The notes: generated by a model not told the origin, from the sequence alone. A DNA stretch of 64,000 nt from the human T2T-CHM13v2.0 reference genome, Homo sapiens (GCF_009914755.1 NC_060947.1); one strand, 5' to 3'. Shown: positions 14,645 through 30,857, counted from the stretch's first letter. Made by a program: numbers and translations.

Positions 14645-14905
14645 AGCAGCATGGTGTTGAAGAGTACATGGGCATTGGCATTAGATAGCCCTGGATTCAA
14701 ATCACAGTTCCACTACTGATTGATTGTATAGCATTAAGCAAGTTGTTCAACATCACTGAGCTTTCATTTTCTTATCTACAAAATGCATTTTGTTAAACCT
14801 ACTCCTGAAGGTTGTCAGGAAGAATGAAGGGGACATTTAAAATGTCTATTCATCGCAGTGCCTGGCACATTGAAAATATTCAATAAATGATAGCTATTAT
14901 TATTG
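14645..14905 (+). mobile_element. MIR SINE
   Basis: cctggattcaaatcacagttccactact..gcaagttgttcaacatcactgagc..cagtgcctggcacat..caataaatgatagctattatt. Confidence 0.8.
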
Positions 14906-16546
14906 TTCTAATTACTATCATTACTTATTCCATAATGAGGTATACTTGTGTTTAATTACAAAAGGAAACCTCAGCCAGGCCAAAACCAAGCAACAACAAC
15001 AAAACAACAGAACCCTAGGACTATTTCAATGGTTGATTCCAGCCATATGATTTTTATTAAAAGTCTATTTATTAAAACCATATAAAATAATATGAAATAA
15101 AATTATCCATTAAACCCAATGATATTTGAACCACGAAGAAGTTGTTGAAGAGATTGTGCCTGTTTAGTTGATTGTGTTATCAGTGTATACCTAGCCTAAT
15201 GCTGCCTCCCTAATAATTGACCTAAACCAATTATTTGATGTGGTTTGGCTTACCTTTAAGTAAGAATCCACATTCATTTTTAGGGTTACATGTTCCAATG
15301 AACAAAGAAGTTATCAAGATGTATAAGAAAACGCACAGGGAGAATATAGAGGAAATGTATGCGTGAGTTCGCAGTTGGCCTAAATAACCTTGGAATTCCC
15401 TTCAAACCCTGAGATTCTGTGACTTTCTGGAATATCACTTGCTGTGTGACCAGGGCCAAGCAACTTTACTTCTCTGAGTCTGAAATTCTCCAGTTATAAA
15501 ATGAAGGAGTTAGCTCTAACATTCCGTAGTTTTACTTTAATTATAATCATTCCACTATAGCCACAAGAGGATAAAAGCTGAGACTCTCGCAATTATTTAT
15601 CGTAGCAAAATCAACTCCAAATAAAGCCACAGAAAACATTTGCTTCTTTACCTTTGTTACTGCTCTCCCCCTTGTTCCGGGCTTGAGTAATTTGTTATAA
15701 CATCACTGTGAAGTGATTACTAATTTGCCCGCCAAATGCAGAGAAGCATAAAATCAAACCAGAATATTCAATAAATGCCCTTTACTCCAGCAATGGGGCC
15801 TAATTAAATAAGAAACCCATTTTTCAAGGAGCCTAAGCTGATATTGCAGGTGAGAACAGTTAACTTGGGAAACACTCTTAAATACCATACAACTCAAATC
15901 CTCCTAATAATCAGGCAGGAGAGAACTAGAGACATACTATTTCATAGGGAGGATTAGGGGAGAAGAAGATCTATAGGAATTTCAACATCAAATATGAACC
16001 AAACTCTTTGCAGAAGACAAAATAAGAACAAGATTTTTTCAGTGCTTTCAGTGATACCCAGTAAACCTTAACTATGACTCCATAAATGCAAATTTTAAAT
16101 TTCCAGAATATTCTTGCTTCACTCTTACCGAAGGAAAATGTGGCTAGTTTTCAGATACTCTGATCAGTACTCAGAGGGTGACAAGTGTGATAATGGTGAT
16201 GGTCTGGGCCCCAGAGCATTGACATGCTTCTCTGAGCTTTTTTATCTAGCCAGAGAAGGTAACATAGATAATATTTCTATACATAATATTTATTCCACTT
16301 ACATAATATGTAGATTAAATTCAAATTATAATATTTTATAGATAATACTTATTAAGCACTTACTTTATGCCAGGCTGCATGCTAAGTGTTTGTTAAGCAT
16401 TGTCTTATTTAGGAGACTGGTAATGAGGAAACCAGTCAGAACCCAGCAAGAGTTCTTTAAATCTAGAAGGGCTAGCCAGGAGGGTAGGGGTAAAGCCGAG
16501 AGGTCTAGATGCTCTGGCATAAGGGATTACAGAAATCTGCAGACAC

Positions 16547-16935
16547 TGATATGGTTTGGATTTGTGTCCCCACCCAAATCTTATTTCAAATTGTAATCCC
16601 CAATGTTGGAAGAGGGGCCTGGTGGGAGGTGGTTGCATCATAGGGGCAGATTTCCCCCTTGCTGCTCCTGTAATAGTGAGTGAGTTCACGAAATCTGGTT
16701 GTTTATGAAAGTGTGAAGCACCTCCCCCTTCTCTTTCTCTTCCTCCTTCCCAGGCCACGTAAGACATGTTTGCTTCCCTCCCTTTAACATTTCACCATGA
16801 TTTCAAGTTCCTCAGGCCTTCCCAGCCATGCTTCCTGTATAGTCTGTGGAACTGTGATTCAATTAAACCTCTTTTCTTTATAAATTTCCCAGTCTCAGGT
16901 GGTTCTTTACAGCAATGTGAGAATGTACTAATACA
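16547..16935 (+). mobile_element. MSTA/THE1D-like MaLR solo LTR
   Basis: Termini tgatatggtttggatttgtgtccccacccaaatct .. aattaaacctcttttctttataaat..ctaataca; 5-bp TSD gacac/gacag. Confidence 0.92.
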
Positions 16936-19227
16936 GACAGCAATCATGACAACTATGGCCTTAGACTTCTCCTGGTCACTACTCAGGTTCCAGACAGTGT
17001 TACTACAGCAATTGTTTGAGCTTAGCTCCTGCAACTCTCCCATGGAGTAACTGGATCCTCAATCAGCCACTTGGAATTAAAATTTTCTAGGACCATGCAC
17101 TGTTTTCTGCCTTCACAGTATCCAATGCCAGCCTGCTTTTGCCTTATATTGAACATTCAATCCATTGTAACAAGGGATGGAAAATGGATTGGAGCACAAG
17201 AAAAGAAACTGGGAAACCAGGAAGGTGACTATCACAATAGTTCAAGTGAAAGAGGTTTAAAATAGGGTAATAGGCATGGAGTGAGATAGAAATGAGTAGA
17301 TTTTCCTATATTTTCAGGAAAATGAAATTGATGTGTCTTTCTCTGGGGTTTTATGTTCACAATGAATGCCTAATTGTTTCATCTGATTTGGCCATTTGTC
17401 AAATGGGTGTATTTTTTTTAACATACCTACCTAAATAAATTCTGGTTTGGAGACTGAATTTCTTACTTTTAAATACTTTTGGTGATATGTGGATATAGCC
17501 TAAGACTTAGCAATTTCAAGAAAAGTGACAAAGAAGGAAGCATAAATATAAGCGATAATTCAATCTAAAGGAACAGGAAGGCTATAGCATGTTTTTATCT
17601 AAAACCTTTACAAACTATTAAAATCCTTATAAGGAAAGATTACCTTTGAGGATGCACACTGAGTGCTACTCAAATGGCAACTGGCCAAGAAGAGAAAGAA
17701 CTTTTTTAACACCAATACATTAAGCACTCTGTAAAAATTATTTATTGCTGAAACTTGTGTACAAAAAAAATAGAAATAGACTCAATGAAGCATATGCCTC
17801 AGCATAGCCTTTTAATAAGTTTTTTTGCATGCATTAACTTAATTTCTATTGTTATATTTTCATCCCTGCTGAAATGGATTTTACTTTGCTACGTTTGAGC
17901 CCCAAAAGCCAGAAATTTAGAAGTAATTCAAATAACCAGCAAATACCCTGGTCCATGTAGTCCACCAACCATTTTGATACCTCAAGTGCGTCTCTAAGCC
18001 AAGAGACATCCAGATGAAAAGCAGAAAAGCCAAGAAATCATTTAGATAACTGAACATGGTGGTGTCTAGAAGATTTGGATGCTTCGCGAATCTTTTCCTT
18101 TTATCCATTTTAATCCAGGGGTTTACTGTTTCCGCCACTGATCTTAGATATTTGCTCACTGGGGCTGGCTTGTTTCAATTTGCCTATGGCTTGTTCAGAA
18201 ATACTTATAGACACTTGACATGTCTGCAGGAGATTTCTGGCAGATGAATCAACAACAAATCAAATAATTTCAGAAAAATATATACCATTACATATCTTAA
18301 TAATTATTTATGAGACATTTTCCAAACAGTTGTTAATTTAGAAGACAACACTTTTAGACTCCTTTGACTGAAGTCTGAACTTGCATGTTAGTTTAGTCAA
18401 GCAGCTGTTTTGACACACATACTTCCTAACAAATTTCTAGTTGTTTTGATGCCCATCCTGAAAGAAGACCTCCTAGGCATATGATGGCACAATTATTATG
18501 ACTAGCTGACATGATTACCCCTAAGGTTTTGTCTTCTGGAGAGATTTCATCTCCAAAATTTGTTAAACTAACTGAAAGACTCACATCTTTTTATGTTCTA
18601 ATGTTCGCCTACAAACCCGTAGTTATAGTAACCAAGAGCAAATTCTCAGCCTCAAAGGATTGTCAGATTTAAAGCAATGGACTAGATTTGGCAGTTTCTC
18701 TGCTGTCCAAAGATGCTTAGGGACTTAGAGACAAAATGGTTTGTTAACCTTTCTCTTCCTCACTTTGAAATGATAGTAAAAATGCCCACTTTCTGGGAAT
18801 GCCAGTCTGACTTCTGTGTACTTCCTCACAAAAGTAGGCAGCAGGGAGACAGAAGAAGGCAAAATGTCAGGTAAGAAGATATGTAGGGTTGATGGTTACT
18901 ATTTTAAAAAGTATATTAAGGGAAGACTCCACATAGAAAGTGGGCCTAGAGATAAAATATAAAGGATGGGTAGAATCTGGATTGGCAGAAAGGAACACAT
19001 AGTGAATTCAAGGTGTGAACAAAGGCCTAGAGGGGAGAATGAGTATCATGTGAATACAGAACCAGGCCAAGAGAACCAGATGATCCCTACTGCTTCATAG
19101 CTACAAATGGTAGTAGCAAAGATTTCTCCATGAGAAAACCAAAATTTCAAAACACTTTTACACATGTATCTGGCTTTTCACTTCCATCTTACTCAGTCAC
19201 TGGGATGTGGATTTCTATTGAAACAAT

Positions 19228-19705
19228 ATAATAGGTAGAATAATGGCCCCCAAAGATTTCCAAGTCCTAGAACCCAGAACCTGTGACTATATTACTTCAC
19301 ATGGAAAAGGGGACTTGAGATGAGGAAATTATCCTGAACTATCTAGGTGGACCATGTAACGAGAAGTCTCCTTATAAGTCAAAGAGGACGCCAGGGGAGT
19401 TAGTGTCAGAGAAGATGTGATGACAGAAGTACAGGTCACAAAAGTGTGATTGCTGGCTTTGAGGATGGAAGGCAGCCACAAACCAAGAAATGCAGGCAGA
19501 ATCTAGAAACTGGAAAAGGCAAGAAAATGAATCATTCCCTAGTGTCCCCAGAAGGAATACAGCACTACTGACACCTCAATTTTACTCCAGTGAGACCCAT
19601 TTTGTAATTCTAACCTCCAGGACTACAAAGTAGGAAATCTGTGTTTTTTTCTAAGACATAAATTTTACAGTATTTTTTTAAAGCAGCAATGGGAAACTAA
19701 TATAA
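19228..19705 (+). mobile_element. MLT1C/D-like MaLR solo LTR
   Basis: agaataatggcccccaaagat..cagaacctgtgactatattac..ctagaaactggaaaaggcaagaaaa..gcagcaatgggaaactaata. Confidence 0.88.
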
Positions 19706-19914
19706 TACAAGCAGTCTAATACATAATATCAAAAGAGACATGACTAAGTCATGTTCAATTTGGTCCAATATCTATCTCTCAGAGTCCCACGGGTAGGTAA
19801 TGGCAAGGAGAGACACTGAAGGTGACATCTTGGGACCAAATGATCAGTCTATTAGGAACCAAGACCCCATTATGTGACTGGAGGATAAAAGTACAAATTT
19901 AAGTACTATTAAAA

Positions 19915-20080
19915 ATAACAATAATAGCAAGTAAAGCAGCTACAAATTATTTTATAGCTACTCTATCCCAGGCACTTTATATTTATTTTAATCATTGTAA
20001 GAAGCCTATAAAACGCATGTTATCATTTTTCTATTTTACAAAATCCCATTTTACAGATGAGGAAACTAAGCTCAAGGGAC
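19915..20080 (-). mobile_element. MIR fragment
   Basis: cccattttacagatgaggaaactaagctca, the reverse MIR core. Confidence 0.75.
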
Positions 20081-21277
20081 AGAGATGCAAGAACCAGGGA
20101 GAGAGTCAGGGGCCCAGGAAAGTAGGTTGAAAATCAGGGCAAGGCTCCACACTCAGCAGGGAACTTTAGTACTAAACAGAAAACAGAGAAACATCCACTG
20201 GCTGATTTTAAGTGCGGAAGGGAAAAAGGGCTGCTGCTCAGTAGACTTATGTATGCCCAGGGCTCTTGCCAAGTATGCTGGGTCCAGGTGTGTAGAGTGC
20301 CATAAGTCATTCCAGGCCTTGCATGTTGACAGGTTGAAAGTTCAGGGTAGGGGTATATGCAGCTGGCTGTAGCTCTGCCTGCTAATCTTCAGGCATTTCA
20401 GTCTGTTGGGTTTATATAGATCATCAGTAATCTCAAAGGCAACCTCTCTGGCAATAAACTCAAAGTGCTCCAACTAGTGCCGCAGTTCTCCTCAGCTACA
20501 TGTCATAGTCCCCGAAGCAGACTCTCTGCTGCAGATAAACCAGCACTTTTGCCTTCTTTAAGGGTTTGCACCCAGAAATAAGCAAAACATGCTCTAGTAA
20601 GCAGAGGAGAAGTTCTGGAAGAAAATCTCCAGGGAGTAATGAATAATTGTTCCTGTAGATTATAAATCATATCTACTGTGTTTTTGCTTCTCCCACAAGT
20701 GTTTCCTCTTCTTATTAGTTTTCAGAATCACTCTTGGTCCCCAGGAGGAATGTGTTACATCATTTAAGAATTAAAACCAAAACCAAAAAAGAAAGAGAAC
20801 AAAATTCTCAAACTAAACTTTTTCCAAACCTACCTCACTCACACACAATTCTTCTCTCAGTTCCAACCTGAAGGCCATGATCTAATTCCAAGCTGACAAG
20901 AAAGGCTGCAGAGATTGGCATCCATGAGCCCAAAGGCTCTACGTTTCCTCACTCACTTCAGCATCCCCATTCACCTCAGGGGCATTCTGGGATGACAGAT
21001 GCAATTTCTTCCTCCATCATACTCGAAAACTCTCCTAAAAGTTTACCTATTATAATTTAATGATATAACAATTCCATAGTCACATAATTACCAAACATGC
21101 ATAGAAAGAGAATTAGCACTAATTCTAAGAAGCCTTTCCTGACCCTATAAACTGGGTCAAATGTCCTTCTTTGGTGCTCACAGCACCCAGAGGGCCCTGA
21201 AATCTAACGGTATAGTCACAGAGATATACTGCAGGATTACAGAAGACAGAATTCATCATACAACTTTAAATAGTATC

Positions 21278-21623
21278 TATATTAGTCCGTTCTTACACTG
21301 CTATAAAGATACTACATGAGACTGGGTAATTTATAAACAAAAAAGGTTTAATTGACTTACAGGGGAGGCTGGAGAGGCCTCAGGAAACTTACAATCATGG
21401 CAGAAGAAGAAGCAGGCACATTCTTCACAAGGTGGCAGGAGAGAATGTGAGGACAGAAAAAACTACCTTTCATAAAACCATTAGATCTCGTGAGAATTCA
21501 TTCATTATCTTGAGAACAGCATGAGGAAACTGCCCCCATAATCCAGTCAATTCCCTCCCTCAACGCGTGTGAATTACAATTCAAGATGAGATTTGGGTGG
21601 GGACACAGAGCCAAACCATATGA
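21278..21623 (-). mobile_element. THE1 (C/D-like) solo LTR
   Basis: tatattagtccgttcttacactgctataaaga..gagactgggtaattta..gagatttgggtggggacacagagccaaaccatatga; perfect 5-bp TSD GTATC (21273-21277 / 21624-21628). Confidence 0.93.
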
Positions 21624-21741
21624 GTATCCTAATATTACCAGACCACACTGCCTTAACTGTACTATGAAATAGTAAATTTATAAATTTTGCATAATTATCT
21701 CACAAATAATACATAAATATGTTTTGTATTTTAAAATATTC

Positions 21742-22705
21742 TTTTTTTAATTATTATTTAAGTTCTGGGATACATGTGCAGAATGTGCAGGTTTCTTACA
21801 TAGGTATACACCTGCCATGTTGGTTTGCTGCACCAACCAACCCATCACCTACATTAAGTATTTCTCCTGATGCTACCCCTCCCCTAGCCCCCCACCCCCC
21901 GACAGGCACCAGTGTGTGATGTTCCCCTCCCTCTGTCCATGTGTTCTCATTGTTCAGCTCCCAATTTTGAGTGAGAACATGCAGTGTTTGGTTTTCTGTT
22001 CCTGTGTTAGTTTGCTGAGAATAATGGTTTCCAGCTTCATCCATGTCCCTGCAAAGGACACAAACTCATCCTTTTTGTGGCTGCATAGTATTCCATGGTG
22101 TACATGTGCCACATTTTCTTTATCCAGTCTATCATTGGTGGGCATTTGGGTTGGTTCCAAGTCTTTGCTATTGTGAATAGTGCTGCAATAAACATATGTG
22201 TGCATGTGTCTTTATAGGAGCATGATTTATAATCCTTTGGGTATTTACCCAGTAATGGGATTGTTGGGTCAAATGGTATTTCTAGTTCCAGATCCTTGAG
22301 GAATCGCCACACTGTCTTCCACAATGGGTGAACTAATTTACACTCCCACCAACAGTGTAAAAGCATTCCTATTTCTCTGTATCCCCTCCAGCATCTGTTG
22401 TTTCCTGACTTTTTAATGGTCGCCATTCTAACTGGCGTGAGATGGTATCTCATTGTGGTTTTGAATTGCATTTCTCTAATGACCAGTGATTATGAGCTTT
22501 TTTCATGTTTGTTGACTGCATAAATGCCTTCCTTTGAGAAGTATCTGTTCATATCCTTCACCCACTTTTTGATGGGGTTGTCTGTTTTTTCTTGTAGATT
22601 TGTTTAAGTTCCTTGTAGCTTCTGGATATTAGCCCTTTGTCAGATGGATAGATTGCAAAAATTTTCTCCCATTCTGTAGGTTGTCTGTTCACTCCAATGA
22701 CAGTT
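21742..22705 (-). mobile_element. L1PA7/8-like 3' end; left arm of an inverted repeat
   Basis: T-rich tail, reverse L1 3'UTR, and ORF2p C-terminal peptide ([27 protein letters not shown]) on the - strand. Confidence 0.96.
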
Positions 22706-23888
22706 ACAAAAACAGGCAATGGGGAAAGGATTCCCGATTTAATAAATGGTGTTGGGAAAACTGGCTAGCCATATGCAGAAAACTGAAACTGGACCCCTTC
22801 CTTACACCTTATAAAAAATTAACTCAAAATGGATTAAAGACTTAAGACCTAAAACCATAAAAAACCTAGAAAAGCCAAAATTGACAAATGGGATCAAATT
22901 AAACTAAATAGCTTCTGCACAGCAAAAGAAACCATCATTGGAGTGAAGAGGCAACCTACAGAATGGGAGAACATTTTTGCAATCTATCCATCTGACAAAG
23001 GGCTAATATCCAGAATCTACAAGGAACTTAAACAAATCTACAAGAAAAAACAGGCAACCCCATAAAAAGTGGGCAAAGGATATGAACAGACACTTCTCAA
23101 AAGAAGACATTTATGCGGTCAACAAACATGAAAAAAGCTCATAATCACTGGTCATTAGAGAAATGCAATTCAAAACCACAATGAGATACCATCTCACGCC
23201 AGTTAGAATGGCGACCATTAAAAAGTCAGGAAACAACAGATGCTGGAGGGGATAGGGAGAAATAGGAATGTTTTACACTGTTGGTGGGAGTGTAAATTAG
23301 TTCACCCATTGTGGAAGACAGTGTGGCGATTCCTCAAGGATCTGGAACTAGAAATACCATTTGACCCAACAATCCCATTACTGGGTAAAAACCCAAAGGA
23401 TTATAAATCATGCTCCTATAAAGACACATGCACACATATGTTTATTGCAGCACTATTCACAATAGCAAAGACTTGGAACCAACCCAAATGCCCATCAATG
23501 ATAGACTGGATAAAGAAAATGTGGCACATGTACACCATGGAATACTATGCAGCCACAAAAAGGATGAGTTTGTGTCCTTTGCAGGGACATGGATGAAGCT
23601 GGAAACCGTTATTCTCAGCAAACTAACACAGGAACAGAAAACCAAACACTGCATATTCTCACTCATAATTGGGAGGTGAACAATGAGAACACATGGACAG
23701 AGGGAGGGGAACATCACACACTGGTGCCTGTTGGGGGGTGGGGGGCTAGGGGAGGGGTAGCATTAGGAGAAATACTTAATATAACTGACGGGTTGATGGG
23801 TGCAGCAAACCAACATGGCAGGTGTATACCTATGTAAGAAACCTGCACATTCTGCACATGTATCCCAGAACTTAAAGTATTAAAAAAA
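22706..23888 (+). mobile_element. L1PA7/8-like 3' end; spacer plus right arm of the inverted repeat
   Basis: Begins acaaaaacaggcaatggggaaagg (ORF2), continues through the ORF2 C-terminus and 3'UTR to tatcccagaacttaaagtattaaaaaaa. Confidence 0.96.
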
Positions 23889-24274
23889 TATATTCAAGAT
23901 CTGAAAAATCAGTGGGCCTTCCCTGGCTGGGTTTTGAATGAGATCTTGGGAGGTACGTGGAATATTGAAGCACCAATGCTATCTTGATCTAGAAGGCACT
24001 TATTGATGACATAATATTTGAAGTCCGCTTCCATTTCTGGAAGAATTCCAGATAAAAATCAGTGTCCAGGGCCTACTCAGGCTGGGGAATCTTACAATCT
24101 TACAATCTTACACCCCAGAGGCTCCTCTGAGCTGGAGCCTCAGGGGCTTCATGATTAAGTGTATCTAGTCAGATTAAGGAAGTTCCCTTCTATTCCTAGT
24201 TCATAAAGCATGTATTATCGTCAGTGGATTTTTAATTTAATATTAAAGAGGCTTTTTCCATAAAAAAAAAAAAA

Positions 24275-24398
24275 CTAACATCCCCAACTCCACTCCAGAC
24301 CACTGAATCATAAACTCTCGAGTGGAACCCAGGAATCTGTATTTTTTAAAATGCTCCAGATGATTCTGATGTGCAGCTTCCTTTGGAAATCACTGCCC
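24275..24398. mobile_element. MER5A-like MITE fragment
   Basis: ccagaccactgaatcataaactct..cccaggaatctgtatttt..gatgattctgatgtgcag..tttggaaatcactg. Confidence 0.7.
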
Positions 24399-26335
24399 TG
24401 TTTATGTCACAAAGGACACCTCCTTTTTATAGGAAGATTTCTGAATTGGTTCTACTCTGCTCCAATTCATTTTGCAACTATTTTTCTTTAGGTGTTTGAA
24501 TGTGTTTGTGGGGAGGGGAAAAAGGGAAAATAATGTTTTCATGTAGATTACACCAAAGTAGTAGGTATGAAATAAGTTTTTTCATAACTATTATATAAAC
24601 TAACCATTCCCCCCACCATCTAACCCAATAGGAGCTCTTTGAAAATGTTACTGACAGGTAATCACACCTAACAATTCATAGATGTTAGTGTTCAAGCTTG
24701 TGCCCCAGTACTCTCAGCCCATCCAACTTTGGAAATTTGTATCTTTGTGCCTGAGATTAAACTGGGTTCACCAGCCTTTTTTCTAAATCTCTGGTTTATT
24801 TTTAAACTACTTTTTCTTCTCTTCTGTGCTAAAATTAAACACTTCTGATAAATCTTGACTGTCATTCAAAACAGTGGCAATAGACTGCTTACAGTGTTCC
24901 TTTAACTACCTAACAGAACTCCTTTGGTACTTTGCATTACTTTCACAGGTTGCTTATTTTTTTGCTTGGTTTTTGTTTCCTAACCCCTCTTGAGCTAAAG
25001 AAAGAGGCTGCCTTTCCAGAGCACTTCCTTTAGGTAGCCCTCACCCCCCACGAGGCTGTCACATCACCGAAGCTAATAAATACCTAATTTTAACTCTTTT
25101 ACACTTTTCCTAATTATCACAACAAACACATATTTATGAAAACAAGAGCAGGCTCAGGCCTGTGATTAAATGGTTACCCAAGGAGTAGGAATTAGAGCCC
25201 TCTTGACTAAGTATGCTGAAGCACTAAGCTGGGTTCCTTCCTCAAGAAACACTTCATGCACTCAATGCTACCTAATATTCTACCACTGTGGATTTACTCC
25301 CCTGGCTTATGGATATTTTTGATATTTTTATTATTTCACTAGGGATAGGAGTTATTTTATAATCAGTCATTTGCACCTTAATGAGAATAAATTTATCAGC
25401 AATTATACTTTACAATCAAGGGAATAAAATGAGAGCTGGAGACTATAAGGTGCCTGGGATTTCGGAGGAGGAGAAACAGGGTACAGGGATGGGGAACATG
25501 TACGTAAATAAGGAGTTAAGTATTCAAGAGACAACTTTACTACCTTCTTCATTCTGAAGAAGCTGGATTAAGAAAAAACTCTTAGAATAACAATGAAAAC
25601 TATTCTGCCTTTATATGCCAACCCTAGCAGCCAACCCTCTAATCAACAGCTGTGCTGTCATATTTGCCTATCTTTTGGAGTATAAGAGTCCCACCACTGT
25701 CTTGAAAACTCTTGTCTATGAGGATGGATGTTGGGAAGGGATGTAAGCTAGATGCTTCCATTGCTTTTCCCCTGCTAGGTCCCTCATTACTCAGTTTCCC
25801 CCTTCCCCATCAGCAAGGCATATGACCACATAATGTATCCAAAACAAAGAGGGAAGTCACAAAGAAGCTCTATCTCTCTCTGCCTCTCCCCACCCAGGGA
25901 TTTAATATTTAAAACTGAAAAACAATACATTTACCTCTCATTTTCAAGAAAATACATAAATTTCTTGCCACAGGTCATTGGAGACATCATCTTCGAATTG
26001 CCTCAAAATATTTGTGCCAGGCTTCAATGCGCCCTTGACCACCAAGGAACTGGCCACGTACTCCCTCCCCTGCTGATTAGTTTTCCAAATCCATACAGAA
26101 CAGGGCTAATCTATTCTACTGAATGCACAGTCTTGTGTCTATCCACAACACTGCACACACCTTGCTAGACATGCAGGGTAAGAAGGGGTTGCTTATAGGC
26201 AACAAGGGTATTATCCAAAAGGCAGTATAAAAACTCCACAAATTTGGACCAAGTCAGGAGAAGCTTTCAGGGAATTTGTGAAAAGCCTAAATGATAGAAT
26301 TGATCAAAGCTAGAAAGATCTTTGAAGATCACATT

Positions 26336-26386
26336 TCCTCTCTCTCTCTTTCTCTCTCTCTGTGTAGATATATATGCATGTATATA

Positions 26387-26420
<34 letters not shown>

Positions 26421-26563
26421 GGTGCCTCATTAGCACAGTAGGTAGTGCATCAGTCTCATAAATATACACACAAATATCTTTATATATACATATATAGATA
26501 TATATGAGATATACACATATATACATATATATACAGATATATATGTGTGTGAGAGAGAAGGAG
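26336..26563. repeat. Compound microsatellite (CT)n-(AT)n-(CA)n..(AT/AC)n-(GA)n, interrupted by a tRNA fragment
   Basis: Dinucleotide runs seen directly on both sides of a 41-nt non-repetitive core. Confidence 0.92.
26424..26461 (+). pseudogene. 5' half of elongator tRNA-Met(CAT), tailless retrocopy
   Basis: gcctcattagcacagtaggtagtgcatcagtctcataa versus recalled human tRNA-Met 5' sequence GCCTCGTTAGCGCAGTAGGTAGCGCGTCAGTCTCATAA: 34/38 identical, all 4 mismatches are CpG transitions. Ends just after the CAT anticodon. Confidence 0.88.
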
Positions 26564-26581
26564 ATCAAAACCATTTATTGA

Positions 26582-29874
<3,293 letters not shown>

Positions 29875-30273
29875 AAAGAAAATCTTATATAAAATCCTAG
29901 GATCCAAAATTGATTTTTAAGTAAGGTGGCTGCGTAACTAGAGTAATCTGAAAGACCTAGACTCCAACCACTCAACCTTCCCCTCTCCCTCCCTTGGCAG
30001 CTCCCAAGGCATTGTAACAGAACTCTAGGGCTTCCTAGAGCATTTCTGGAAAACTACAGCTCCAGTCCAATCCCCTGATAAGAATAAGTGCATTTTATAA
30101 TATTAAGGGGCATTTTATAAGATAAAATGCACATTATTTTTGTTATATGCATAGAAATAAGATTGGAAGGAAAAGCACCAAAAAATAAACAGCGATTTTT
30201 CTGTGTGATGGCATTATACATGCCTTTTCTCTCCACGCTTCATTTTTTGTTTGTCCACTTTTATGAACTCTAA

Positions 30274-30857
<584 letters not shown>

